A stretch of 64,000 nt of DNA. Source: Octopus vulgaris. Its lineage: Eukaryota. Positions 24,524 to 36,699 of the stretch are shown here, one piece after another. The position numbers and the translations under genes were made by a program. The notes beneath the pieces are model-generated. The model did not search any database. It saw only the letters and a program-made list of their open reading frames with translations, and was not told the origin of the DNA. The DNA is taken from assembly GCA_951406725.2 (NCBI GenBank), contig OX597814.1, positions 206,770,001 to 206,834,000 of the forward strand. The letters are read 5' to 3'. Each line of letters starts with the position of its first letter. Positions within the stretch are counted from its first letter, which is position 1.

Positions 24524-25393
24524 ATATAATAATGTAATGTCAGTGTTCATACTTGACAGAGTGTAAGTACCTTGAGAGAAAAGTTGGACCTGAGAAGCAT
24601 CAGTTGTGGTGTGCAAGAGAGACGTTTGCACTGGTATGGTCATGTGACGAGAATGGATGAAGATAGTTGTGTAAAAAAGTGCCACGCCCTAGCGTTTAAG
24701 GGAACCTGTGGAAGAGGCAGACCCAGGAAGACCTGGGACGAGGTGGTGAAGCACGACCTTCGAACTTTAGGTCTCACTGAGGAAATGACTAGAGACCGAG
24801 ACCTATGGAAGTATGCTGTGCGTGAGAAGACCCGGCAGGACAAGTGAGACCATAACCCATGGCCTCTACCTGGGATGTAGCCAGTCCAATTATGCATACC
24901 TTTCCTTCTTGGGACACAAAACTCTACTTGTGAAGACCTGTTGAGGCAAGAGAAAATCAAAATCAAAATCGATCAACATCAATGGAAATTGTAGCTGTGA
25001 TACCAGTGCTGGTGGTACGTAAGAGAACTATCCGAACGTGGCCGTTGCTAGCGCCGCCCTGACTGGCCTCATGTCGGTGGCACGTAAAAAGCACCATCCA
25101 ATTGTGGCCGTTGCCAGCCTTGTCTAGCTCCCGTGCCGGTGGCACGTAAAAAGCACCATCCGATCGTGGCCGTTTGCCAACCTCGTGTGGCACCTGTGCC
25201 TGTGGCATGTAAAAAGCACCCACTACACTCACGGGGTGGTTGGCATTAGGAAGGGCATGTAGCTGTAGAAACTTTGCCAGATCAGACTGGAGCCTGGTGC
25301 AGCCTTCTGGCTTCCCAGACCCCAGTTGAACCGTCCAACCCATGGTAGCATGGAAAGCAGACGCTAAATGATGATGATGATGATGATGATGAT
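24524..25393 (+). mobile_element. 5'-truncated RTE LINE
   Basis: ERRLHWYGHVTRMDED...GRGRPRKTWDEVV, 3' UTR, (GAT)n tail. Confidence 0.9.
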
Positions 25394-27077
25394 ATAATTT
25401 TATTGAGATCCATTAATTATATTAATATAAATTAATTTAATATTATATGTATATTTTATGTAATAATTATTTGGAATTTAATTTATAGTAAATAGTCATT
25501 TATAATTTTGTTGTTTTCTTATTCTTTGATTCTAGAAGCTTAAATATTTTTCGTCATTTTCATTAATAAATTTATTCTATCTTTTTACACAACGTCTTCA
25601 CGAGTTTAATTTCTTATAAATGCTAAGACCTACAATTTTACGTTTAAAATTCAGTTATATAATATTCATCGATAAGATAAGTAACGTTTTTTATTTAACA
25701 ATATTATTTAATTTTTGAATTGTACTATGTTGGATTATTATTATTATTATTGTTAAAATATTAATTCATATATAAATTTCTTGATAATTATTAGTTACGA
25801 TACGTATATCTATTTAATTTATTATTATTTTTATAATGTGATTTAACGTATTACATATAATTTACTTTCAGAAACTTTTTGTAAGACATTATATTATTTA
25901 ATAGTTAGGAGGTTTATTTGTTATGCAGTATTACATTTAAATAAATAAGTTTAATATTGATTGATATTTTGGTTAATTCTATTAGTGATTGTAATATTAA
26001 ATATATATATACTATATATAAATTAATAATATAGTAGGTTTATATAATAGGTGTGAATATATTTGAACCATTTTCTATTTTTAATTCTAATATTCAGAGC
26101 TTGTACTAGTATTATGTATATAACTTAGCATAAAGTATTTTTTTAGTATGTACTACTTAATTAGAATAAGATTTAACTTAAATGTTTATTAAATAATAAA
26201 TAAATTAATAATTTAATTTCATGTATATAAATCCGTGCAGCACGGATTTTTGTCAGTGAACAGGTCGTGGACTTTAGTGACAAAAATATTTTGACAAATT
26301 AAACTTAAATGTTGAAGTGAATCGAACGGCTTTTGTGTGTTTCTTAAATGGCTTACAAACACCTTCCACGCTGCAATTGTTTTCGTTCCAGCACAGCAAC
26401 ATAAGAATCTTTGCAGATGAAATAGGAAGAAAAATCAATGTAATTATTTTATTCTCTGGTCCCAATGAAAATTTCCTAAAGAAATAACGCGTCCAAGGAG
26501 AGTGGTTTATTTCAAAGTGGTGCAACGTTTTCATTGATCGATTAAATGCAGCCACTTGAAACAGATGTAATGCACTGATACCAGTACATCCTTGTTACAT
26601 ATTTGCTTTTTATTCACCTTTGAGCTGCATGGACTTTATTGAACCAGCTTGGTACCTCAATTTAAGTACCTAATTCAACTGGATCTTAATTATTTATTCT
26701 TTTCCTCTCTCAGCTGCTCCTGCATAAACCATCAATTCGTGTACTTGTAAAATTATTTCTTCAAATTTGCTACCACCCATCAATATTTCACAAAGGAAGA
26801 GACTGAGAGAGAGACAGACAGACTGTTTTAAGACTTTCGAAATATTTACAAAACATTTTACTTAGCTTTTTCTTCAATTTAATTTTATTTTACTCTTAGT
26901 TGAAAAAGTTGAAAAGATGGAGACCTGTACTAAAATGTACTTCATGATAAAATTATTTTACCTTTTTATAACTTGTCTTATTTTCCTTATACATATATCA
27001 ACGTGTGTTACTTTTCAAACTTCTACACACACACACACACATATATATATACATATATACATACATACATATATATT

Positions 27078-27150
27078 GCCTCCATAGCTCAGTGGTTAGA
27101 GCACTGGTCTTGTAAACCAGGGGTCGTGAGTTCGATCTTCACTGGGGGCT
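27078..27150 (+). tRNA. tRNA-Thr: tRNA-Thr(TGT)
   Basis: 73-nt cloverleaf GCCTCCA TA GCTC AGTGGTTA GAGC A CTGGT CT TGT AA ACCAG GGGTC GTGAG TTCGATC TTCAC TGGGGGC T. All stems pair, A and B boxes are intact, and TTTT follows at 27162-27165. Confidence 0.9.
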
Positions 27151-27165
27151 TCTGTTACACATTTT

Positions 27166-27506
27166 GCCGATGCCAGCCCCGCCTCGACTGGCTTCTGTGC
27201 CGGTGGCACATAAAAAGCACCATCCGAACGTGGCCGATGCCAGCACCGCCTCGACTGGCTTCTGTGCCGGTGGCACATAAAAAGCACCAACCGAACGTGG
27301 CCGATGCCAGACCCCTCTGGCACCTGTGCAGGTGGCACGTAAAAAGCACCCACTACACTCGCGGAGTGGTTGGCGTTAGGAAAGGCATCCAGCTGTAGAA
27401 ACACTGCCAGATCAGCCTGGAGCAGCCCCTGGCTCCCCAGACCCCAGTCGAACCGTCCAACCCGTGCTAGCGTGGAAAACGGACGTTAAACGATGATGAT
27501 GATGAT
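27166..27506 (+). mobile_element. RTE 3' tail directly downstream of the tRNA
   Basis: Three ggtggcac.taaaaagcacc modules, conserved terminus, (GAT)n. Confidence 0.88.
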
Positions 27507-27791
27507 ATATATAACAGTTGAATAAAATTAAAACATGGTCTAGTTTTCATGTTTTTTTATTATGGTATTTTAACATTAAAAATATTTTGTCAAGTTCAAT
27601 TAGTGCTTTTTTACGTTCGTAGTAATCATCAGATTTCAAATGTATTTAACTGACAGTTGAGTTCTTGACAACTGTAGTACCTCTTAGAGTGCTCCCACAA
27701 GCTGAATTTTTGGAATACCGTTTTGATCAATCTGCATGCATCATGGTTTGCCAGGTATGCCAATGTTTTGTAATTTGTTTATATTCATATA

Positions 27792-28180
27792 CTCTTTTAC
27801 TTTTTTCAGTCATTTGACTGTGGCCATGCAGGAGCACCGCCTTTAGTCGAGCAAATCGACCCCAGGACTTATTCTTTGTAAGCCTAGTACTTATTCTATC
27901 TGTCATTTTTGTCAAACCACTAAATTACGGGGACGTAAACACATCAGCATCAGTTTTCAAGCGATGTCGGGGGGGAACAAACAAAGACACACAAACATAT
28001 ACACACACATACATACGACAGGCTTCTTCCAGTTTCCATCTACCAAATCCACTCACAAGGCTTTGGTTGGCCCGAGTCTATAGTAGAAGACACTTGCCCA
28101 AGATGCCACGCAGTGGGACTGAACCGGGAACCATGTGGTTGGTAAGCAAGCTACTTACCACACAGCCACTCCTACGCCTC
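27792..28180 (-). mobile_element. tRNA-derived SINE, full length
   Basis: Same family; head at ~28180, tail at ~27792. Confidence 0.88.
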
Positions 28181-29079
28181 TTAGAGATATTTTTTAATCC
28201 ATATGATTAACTGGTTAACAACAAATTATTACTGTTATTTCCATTCAGAACGAGAGTGAAAGTTTTAAACCATTTTTCTTTTAGCTTTCTTCCAACCTCA
28301 TGTGTCATGTAGTTTGTAGAAAGGAAAAATTACAAACATGTTCTGACCACATGTTTCTGTGTTCACTCAATAGAATTTGGCAAGCATCGGTGTTCCAGAT
28401 TTGTTGTCTGTGAACTCCTGAGCATTCCGATAATGCATTCCTGGTCTCACCTATTCGGGCATTTAATACAGTAGATCAAATTTCTGCTTTTGCATTTCAT
28501 AGGCTATCATAGCCACATTGGAGGAGCCTTCAGGGTCAGATTGTTTGACCTATGTTGAATGTTTGCTAGACAGTATCGGTCTTCCTGGCATACATAATAA
28601 CGTTAATAAAACTATCAATAATACCTGTGAAACCCTTAGCAAAGGTAAGTGCCTTCATCAACAACTCTTAAGAAATGGATAGATAAAAGTATACAATATT
28701 GAATGTGTAAACCTAGGCCTGCCTCTTCCCCAGAGAGAAATAAAATTCTTAAGGACTATGCTAAAATTGGCGCATTTAATAATCGTAAAGAAGTTTTCTC
28801 TGTGTCCATTTCAAGCGCTACCTATTGGAAAATTGGTTCATCCCATTTGCTGGTTAACCTTTTGGAGCCTTGTAAGGGTTTTTAAAAATCCTCTAGGCCA
28901 GGGTAGATAACCTGTTCACATTAACGTTTTTATATGTTCGGCCTTAAATTTTGATTTCTGAGCATTACCTCGTCTGCGTAGGAGGTCTTCATTTTTTTGT
29001 CTTTCTATAGAGTCTGACGAGCTGTCCATAAAGTTGTGCCTTTCATGGATACATATGACCAGAATTTAACTTTTTGTTT

Positions 29080-29975
29080 TTCAGTTGAAAGATTGAAGTT
29101 CTCTTTCAAACAGAGTCAATGTTTTACAGTGAAAAACTTCACATATGCTTCAGAAAACCTAAAATATATATTAACTTGTTCAGGTTGTCAAAAGCAATAC
29201 ATAGGCCAAACCAAAAACAGTTTACATCAAAGGATGGCTCTACTTAGGTCTCACATCAGAATTCGGAAATACAGAAAAATCGTATTCAGCGAACAAATCG
29301 ACATTTGCACCACTAACAAACAACCAAGCTTCAGAATTTTTTCCCTCAATAAATTCGGGGACGATGCAACTTGTAATCAGCGCATTAGCAAAGAGTCATA
29401 TTTTTTCACAAAATGTAAACCCCTTTTTAATGCGTCCACCACAAATGACACAATTACAAGGGCCTTAGAATAATACCCACGCAAGTATTAAAAACGATAT
29501 ATTCTGAAGTCACTACCCATGAATTTATTCAGAACAATTCCAATAACTACTATTACAACCACAACTGGTCACTTTTGGGTCACTTGACCATTCAAAAGGA
29601 TCCTACCAACATCCTACTACTGTCATACCACTCCCACATTTTGATTATTAATATTATTCTTTTTCTTCTTTTTGCTGCCCCCTTTCTCAGCTACTACTGC
29701 TGCTTAAACAATCAAAACCAAGAACTCATATCAAATATTCTTTTAGGACTGCTACTACCTGTAACCAAGCCCTCACAAGAGTAAAAAAGAGAGACATGCA
29801 GACAGAAAGAAAAAGAAGGAAAATGTCTCTTGCATTTGAAACTAGAGAAATACTTTTTAAAACATTTCATTTAATTTTTCCACAATTCAATTGTTTTTCA
29901 TGCTTTACTGTAAGTTGAAAAAGTCGAAAAGGCTGAAACCAGTACTAAAATGTTCTTCATGATAAAATTATTTTA
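29080..29975 (+). mobile_element. Penelope-like 3' fragment (GIY-YIG + degenerate hammerhead)
   Basis: NLKYILTCSGCQKQYIGQTKNSLHQRMALLRSHI. The 3' motif at 29911-29975 is repeated at 26896-26960. Confidence 0.72.
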
Positions 29976-30141
29976 GCATCTGTAGTTATGCTGCTGTATC
30001 AATCATTATCTATCTACCTATCTATCTATCAATCTGTGTTAAGGCTATAAGTTTATAACCCAAGTGAAACCAGGTCCTTTTGCTTGTATATGTATGTATT
30101 GTAATTTGCAACATGGAAGCTGTACTGGATTTGCAAAATGA

Positions 30142-33100
30142 CGTTTACTTGATTTCAGTACCTCGGCGAAAAAATACGAATTGCAGAAGATGCTCAGATA
30201 AGAAGTTTTGTCTTTTCAACCTCTTACTCTTCTATTTCTGCACAAATCATAAACCCCTTGTTAGTTCTTTTCATTATTCTGCCTATTTCATTACCATGTA
30301 GACATGTAAATATAGTTTCAATAGTTTCGTCTTCCCTGTTTTTGCCTTTAAGATAACCTTAGTTCAAGCAATTCTTTAACCGCAACATATTCATTCATTC
30401 ATCTATGAAAGTCTATCACACAGTCACTTATTTCTCTAATTTTGTCTTAGACTGGCTCTCAGATTCTTCAATTCTATTTTACTATTATCAACATTTGCTG
30501 TCTTGTTTAATTAACTATGCCACACAAATCCCAAAAGAATATTTTTTCTCCCTCGTGTTCTGAACATTTCTACCCACCCTCTCTCTCTGTCTCTCGGCTT
30601 CACTCTGTCTGTGTGTGTGTGTCTCTCTCTCTCTCTTTCAAGTACCACTCGCCTCGCCAAGACTTCCTACTTCCTCCACCACCATACATAAACTAGCGCA
30701 CGTACTCGGATTCCCCTACTCGATTTTCAATACCTCCACCGAAAGAATATGTATGCAGGAGGTGCTCTCATCCATGTTTGCTAGTTCGCAGTGCACCCAC
30801 CCTTCCACCCCATCAACCTGTACCAGAAGTCCCTATTTTTTGTCATCCTTTGTTTGTCTCCCATGAACACTTTTAAAGGCTTTACGCCATCCCCACCCCT
30901 ACTATATAAGGTAGTGATCATATAGTGCAAAAATATGAAAGGGTAGTGTATGCAGATTGAACTCAAGGCTATTGTTTGCTTATGAATTCTGCCAAATGCG
31001 AGCTCTTATTTCAGGTACATGACGCTACTGTCCCCCGTCCCAGGGTCTCTAGGGCCCATACCTCCCACACCCTCAGGATTGACACTCTCAATGTTGGCAC
31101 ACTGAAAGGTAGGTCTGATGAGATTGCTGAGATGCTTGAACGGAGATGTGTCGATATGTGCTGCATCCAAGAAGTAAGGTGGAGAGGAGGTTCTGCTAGG
31201 TACCTCACAGGCAAAGAACACAGGTACAAGATTTTCTGGGTAGGGAACACTGATGGGATCAGGGGCATGGGTATACTTTTTGCAGGAAAATGGTTAGATA
31301 AGGTAACTGAGGTAGTCAGAGGATGCGACAGAATACTTAAGATTAGATTAATGCTTCATCATGGGTTAGTAACCATCATCTCGGCCTTTACCCCTCAGCC
31401 AGGGCTACCCGATGGACAGAAAGACCGTGTTGACGAATGACAGGGACCTTCTCTTTGTGGCTGGTGACTTCAATGGACATGTTGGACATCATTCCGGAGG
31501 CTTCCATGGCATATGTGGAGGCTACGGTTTTGGCTCCTGCAACGAGGAGGGAACCAGGCTGCTGTAGTTCTATGATGCAAATGATCTTATGGTTTGCAAT
31601 ACTAACTTTAGAAAACCTGCCAGTCACCTAGTCACCTACTGTTCTGGCAGACACACTAGCCAAATTGATATCCTCACCAGGAAACAAGTAAGATGGCTAC
31701 TTATAAATGTCAAAATCTTCCCAGGCAAAGAATGTACCCCACAACATAGACTGGTAGTTAATGACTTCAGGATCAGGGCTAAGTGGATGCCCAGAAGACC
31801 AGTATGGAGAAGAAGGGTCTGGAAGCTTAAAGATCATGCAAATGGACAGAGATTTAGAGACATATTACTCAAAGCCTTTGTTAAAATAGAAGGGGATGTA
31901 GCTTCACACGTAGAAGACAACTGGAGGTTTCTACGGGACAAACTGCTGAGGGCCACTGACCAGATCTGTGGATGGTACAAAGTCCCATTCTGACCCAAGG
32001 TAACGTGGTGGTGAAACAATATTGTAGACAGGGCCATTAAGGAAAAGAAACAGGCTTGGAAGGACTGGAAGAATAGTGGGAGCAGGGAATCGTATCAGAC
32101 TGCCAGAAGGGAAACTAGGAGACAGGTTTATTTAGCCAGAGGGGAAGCAGATAAGAAAAAAATTTGCCAATGTTCTGTGCCATGAGGACCAAAGACTTGA
32201 GGTATTTTGTGTTGCAAGACAGTGTGTGAGAGAGAATCGTGATGTTGTAGGAGAGAAATGTGTTCGCATGAATGGTGGTTCTCTTGCACTAAATGAAGCT
32301 GCAAAGAGAGAGGTTTGGAAACGCCACTATGAAAGGTTGCTGAATAAAGAGAATGAATGGGAGAAAGAGGGTCTGCCGAATGTCGACCCAACAGAGGGAC
32401 CAGCTATACGAATTGACAATACCTAGGTAGATAAAGCAATTAAGAGTATGAAGACAGGGAAAGCCCCAGACCCATCAGGAATCACTGCAGAGATGCGTAA
32501 AATATCTGGCAGTGTCGGCTATAGTCTAGTCACCTGTATAAACAAGGATTAGAATCAAAGGGCCTTAGAGTCAACCTAGCTAAAACCAAAGTCCTAATAA
32601 GTAGGAAGGCTCACAAACCACAAATCCCTTCAGGTAGATTGCTCTGCTTGATCTGTAGAAAAGGCGTATGTAGAAACTCTATAAGATGTACCCACTGTAA
32701 GCTATGGACACATAAGTAGTGCAGTAATATCAAAGGAAGGATAACTGGGAAGATAGTTTTTGTATGTGGCAGATGCTCAGGAGCAATAAAAACTGAAAAT
32801 GTGCAGAGAACAGCTTCCGCCACATTCGAGGGAGAAAAACTAGAAGTAGTTGATAGCTTCCATTACCTAGGTGACCAAGTCAGTAGTGGGGGAGGGTGCA
32901 CTGAAAGTGTAGCTGCTAGAATAAGAATAGCTTGGGCAAATTCAGAGAGCTCTGCTGGTGACAAAGGGCCTCTCACTTAGAGTAAAAGGCAGACTGTATG
33001 ATGCATGCGTACGAACAGCCAGGCTACATGGCAGTGAAACAGGAGTCGTGACTGCTGAGGACATGTGTAAGCTCGCAAGGAATGAAGCCAGTATGCTCCG

Positions 33101-33930
33101 ATGGATGTGTAATGGCAGTGTGCATACTCGACTGAGTGTAAGTACCCTGAGAGCAAAGTTGGATCTAAGAAGCATCAGATGTGGTGTACAAGAGAGATGT
33201 TTGCGCTGGTATGGTTATGTGGCGAGAATGGATGAAGATAGTTTTGTGAAAAAGTGCCACACCCTAGCGGTTGAGGGAACCTGTGGAAGAGGTAGACCCA
33301 GGAAGACCTGGGATGAGCTGGTGAAGCACGACCTTTGAACTTTAGGTCTCACCTAGGCAATGACTAGCAACTGAGACTTTTGGAAATATGCTGTGCTTGA
33401 GAAGACCCGGCAAACCAAATAAGTCCATAACCTTGTGGCCTATGCCAGGGGTGTAACCGGCCCACTTATGCGTACCTTTCCTGCATTGGACACTAAACTC
33501 TGCTTGCGAAGACCTTGTTGAGACAAGTGAAATCGAAATCAAATTCGATGACGGGCATCTGTGCTAGTGGAGCACCATCCGAACATGATCATTGCCAGAG
33601 TAGCTAACTGGCTTCCATGCCGGTGGCACATAAAAAGCACCATTCGAGCATGATCATTGCCAGTACCACTGGACTGACTCCTGTGCAGGTGGCATGTAAA
33701 AAACACCATTTGAGCGTGGCTGTTGCCAGTACCGCCTGACTGGCTCTCATGCCGGTGGTACGTAAAAAGCACCCACTATACTTTTGGAGTGGTTGGCATT
33801 AGGAAGGGCATCCGGCTGTAGAAATTCTGCCAGATCAAGATTGGAACCTGGTGAAGCCATCTGGTTCACCAGTCGTTAGTCAAATTGTCCAACCCATGCT
33901 AGCATGGAAAATGGACGTTAACCGATGATC
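30142..33930 (+). mobile_element. RTE LINE with 5' UTR and APE endonuclease, RT core deleted; inserted into duplication arm B
   Basis: TLNVGTLKGR...CCIQEVRW (APE). At ~32540 the ORF jumps from LVT to KQGLESKGLRVN. The flanks rejoin as gcaaaatga|tgctttgag, the uninterrupted sequence in arm A. Confidence 0.9.
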
Positions 33931-34383
33931 ATGCTTTGAGAATTAACCTGCATTTTCCATGATATTACTTGAGAATTCCAAGAAAGATGGTGAAAGTAAC
34001 GGCAACAGTGTCGTGTATCCCAAATAATATCCCGTATTATACCACCAGGAGGTTGGCCATGGTCTGGTGATTTCACTCCAAAATGCTAAGTATGAATACT
34101 CCACAGGTTTTCCACCAATTTTCTCTGATAACAGGCATTCAATATGTACCAGTTGGGTTCTACTTGATCATATGGATGGGGTTTTGGTAAGTGTAAAGGA
34201 ATTTTATTCTTCTTAGAATCAAATTTCCAAAATCAGTGGACAGTTTCTTCCCAGTCACAAAACCGGTTTATACTTATTTTTAAAAAATATAATACAAAAT
34301 AATAAACTTTGACTGGATTTGAACCTGCAGCCTTCATTTTATTTTAAGCAATAATTACATCTAATGTAACAAAAAGAAAATGT

Positions 34384-35210
34384 TAAAATATATTCAATTG
34401 TTTTAGTGTCAAAAATCTGAATAATTTTACTGTTACAAATTTGAATAGTTTCACTGTTACAAATTTGAATAATTTTACTGTTACAAATTTGAATAGTTTC
34501 ACTGTTACAAATTTGAATAATTTTAGTGTTACAAATTTGAATAGTTTCACTGTTACAAAATTGAATAATTTTACTGTTACAAATTTGAATAGTTTCACTG
34601 TTACAAATTTGAATAATTTTAGTGTTACAAATTTGAATAGTTTCACTGTTACAAAATTGAATAATTTTACTGTTACAAATTTGAATAGTTTCACTGTTAC
34701 AAATTTGAATAATTTTACTGTTACAAATTTGAATAGTTTCACTGTTACAAAATTGAATAATTTTAGTGTTACAAATTTGAATAGTTTCACTGTTACAAAT
34801 TTGAATAATTTTACTGTTACAAATTTGAATAGTTTCACTGTTACAAAATTGAATAATTTTACTGTTACAAATTTGAATAGTTTCACTGTGACAAATTTGA
34901 ATAATTTTACTGTTACAAATTTGAATAGTTTCACTGTTACAAATTTGAATAATTTTACTGTTAAAAATTTGAATAGTTTCACAGTTACAAATTTGAATAA
35001 TTTTAGTGTTACAAATTTGAATAGTGGTAGTGATACAAGTTTTAATAGTTTTAATGCTACAAATCTGAATAATTTTCCTGTTACAAATCTGAATAATTTT
35101 ACAGTTACAAATTTGAACAGCATTAGTTTTAAAAATTCAAATAGTTTTAAGTGTTACAAAATTTGAAGTTTTAGTGTTAAACATTTGAATACTTTTAGAA
35201 TTACAAATCT
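34384..35210 (-). repeat. 24-bp minisatellite downstream of the copy B stop codon
   Basis: Same unit in reverse complement, about 30 units. Confidence 0.95.
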
Positions 35211-35214
35211 CAAC

Positions 35215-35491
35215 TCAAAGTATTACTAAAGCCTTAGAGAATGTAATCAAATAATTAGGATATGCTTGAGAGTCATCAAAAGTAACATAAATATCGGGTA
35301 TTTGAATATCATCAACAGCAGAATTGTAAGGATCCTGTAAAACTTTTAATCCCTGGGTCCTTGTATCATTCTTCCCACAAGAACACTGCATTTGTATATT
35401 GTCTTTATTCTGCGATGGTCAGGAGTAGAATAGGTATCATCTGCAGAATATCGGATCTTTTTGGAAAAATAAACACCTTCACCACGTGTGC
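35215..35491 (-). pseudogene. PARP14: Terminal exon of PARP14/15-like copy B, with a 1-nt frameshift (possible pseudogene or assembly error)
   Basis: Reverse complement of the copy A exon, acceptor ttcttag at 35492-35498. Reads GTRGEGVYFSKKIRYSADDTY...; GGACCCAGGGATTAAAA is 1 nt shorter than copy A, giving TAA at 35348-35346. The ancestral frame continues LKVLQDPYNSAVDDIQIPDIYVTFDDSQAYPNYLITFSKALVIL*. Confidence 0.8.
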
Positions 35492-36244
35492 CTAAGAATA
35501 ATAAAAAAACATATATATATATATGTATGCATATATATATATATATATATATATGTATGCATGCATATATATATATACACCTATACAGTAAAAGATATAT
35601 ATTGTTAAATGTCTGAATTCATATAGTAACTTTTTCACAGTTTTTCCTATCTGTCTCTATCAGGAAGATGTCACTGACCCTTTAAGGTTACCTTCACTCC
35701 TTTTGAATTCACAAGGATTCCGCCATTTGGCGGGTTCAAATTCGCTCCCACCCCGTTTTCACCCCCACCACCAATACCGGTGAATGCATCTGTTCTGACC
35801 ATCTATACCGGATATGCCCTCTTCCCTCCTCCTCCCCCACCACCATTACGTGTGTCTCTCCCTCCTACCCCTCCTTCTCACATGCTTTCACTGTACTACC
35901 CTTCCCCCCACCAAGACAAGCTGCTAGCACCGCAGCTCATTAACTTCCCCACTGATCTTACGTTACAACGTCCATAGGTCATTGCTAATGACTTGAACTG
36001 CAGTATTTGAACAACTGAAAGGCTGAGGGAATCCCCGCCTCGTGATGCCTACACAAACAAAATGGATAATCATCTACACAGTGGCCGACCAACCCTTACA
36101 ACAACATGTCATGACTGTTCCTCAGCACCTTTCCCCCCACTGATGCTTCCCTATATTACCTGCACCCCCCCACTATCTCTCCCTCTCTTCCACTGGTGGA
36201 ACCTTTCTCAGCTGGACCCCCCCCCCCAACTCAACTCTAGAAAA

Positions 36245-36478
36245 GCTTGAACCGATCGTGACCGATGCCGGACCCCCCGGCCCCTGTGCAGGTGGCACGT
36301 AAAAGCACCCACTCCACTCGCGGAGTGGTTGGCGTTAGGAAGGGCATCCAGCCGTAGTAACTCTGCCAGATCAGACTGGAGCCTGGAGCAGCCCCTGGCT
36401 TCCCAGACCCCGGTCAAACCGTCCAATCCGTGCTAGCGCGGAAAACGGACGTTAAACGATGATGATGATGATGATGAT
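36245..36478 (+). mobile_element. RTE 3' tail fragment
   Basis: Same tail with (GAT)n. Confidence 0.85.
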
Positions 36479-36699
36479 ATATATATATATATAAACACAT
36501 CACACAGTAAAAGATTATTTGTTTCATGATATTGAGATTATATAGATTTTATCACAATTCAAGGTAATTTGACATCAGGAAGATGTCACTGACCCACAAC
36601 ACCACTCTCTTTTGAAAACACAAGGATTGCATTTAGGGTTCAAATTCGCTCACTTTTCATGAAAACGAATGCATCTTTATGAAAAGTATGATGCAAAGT

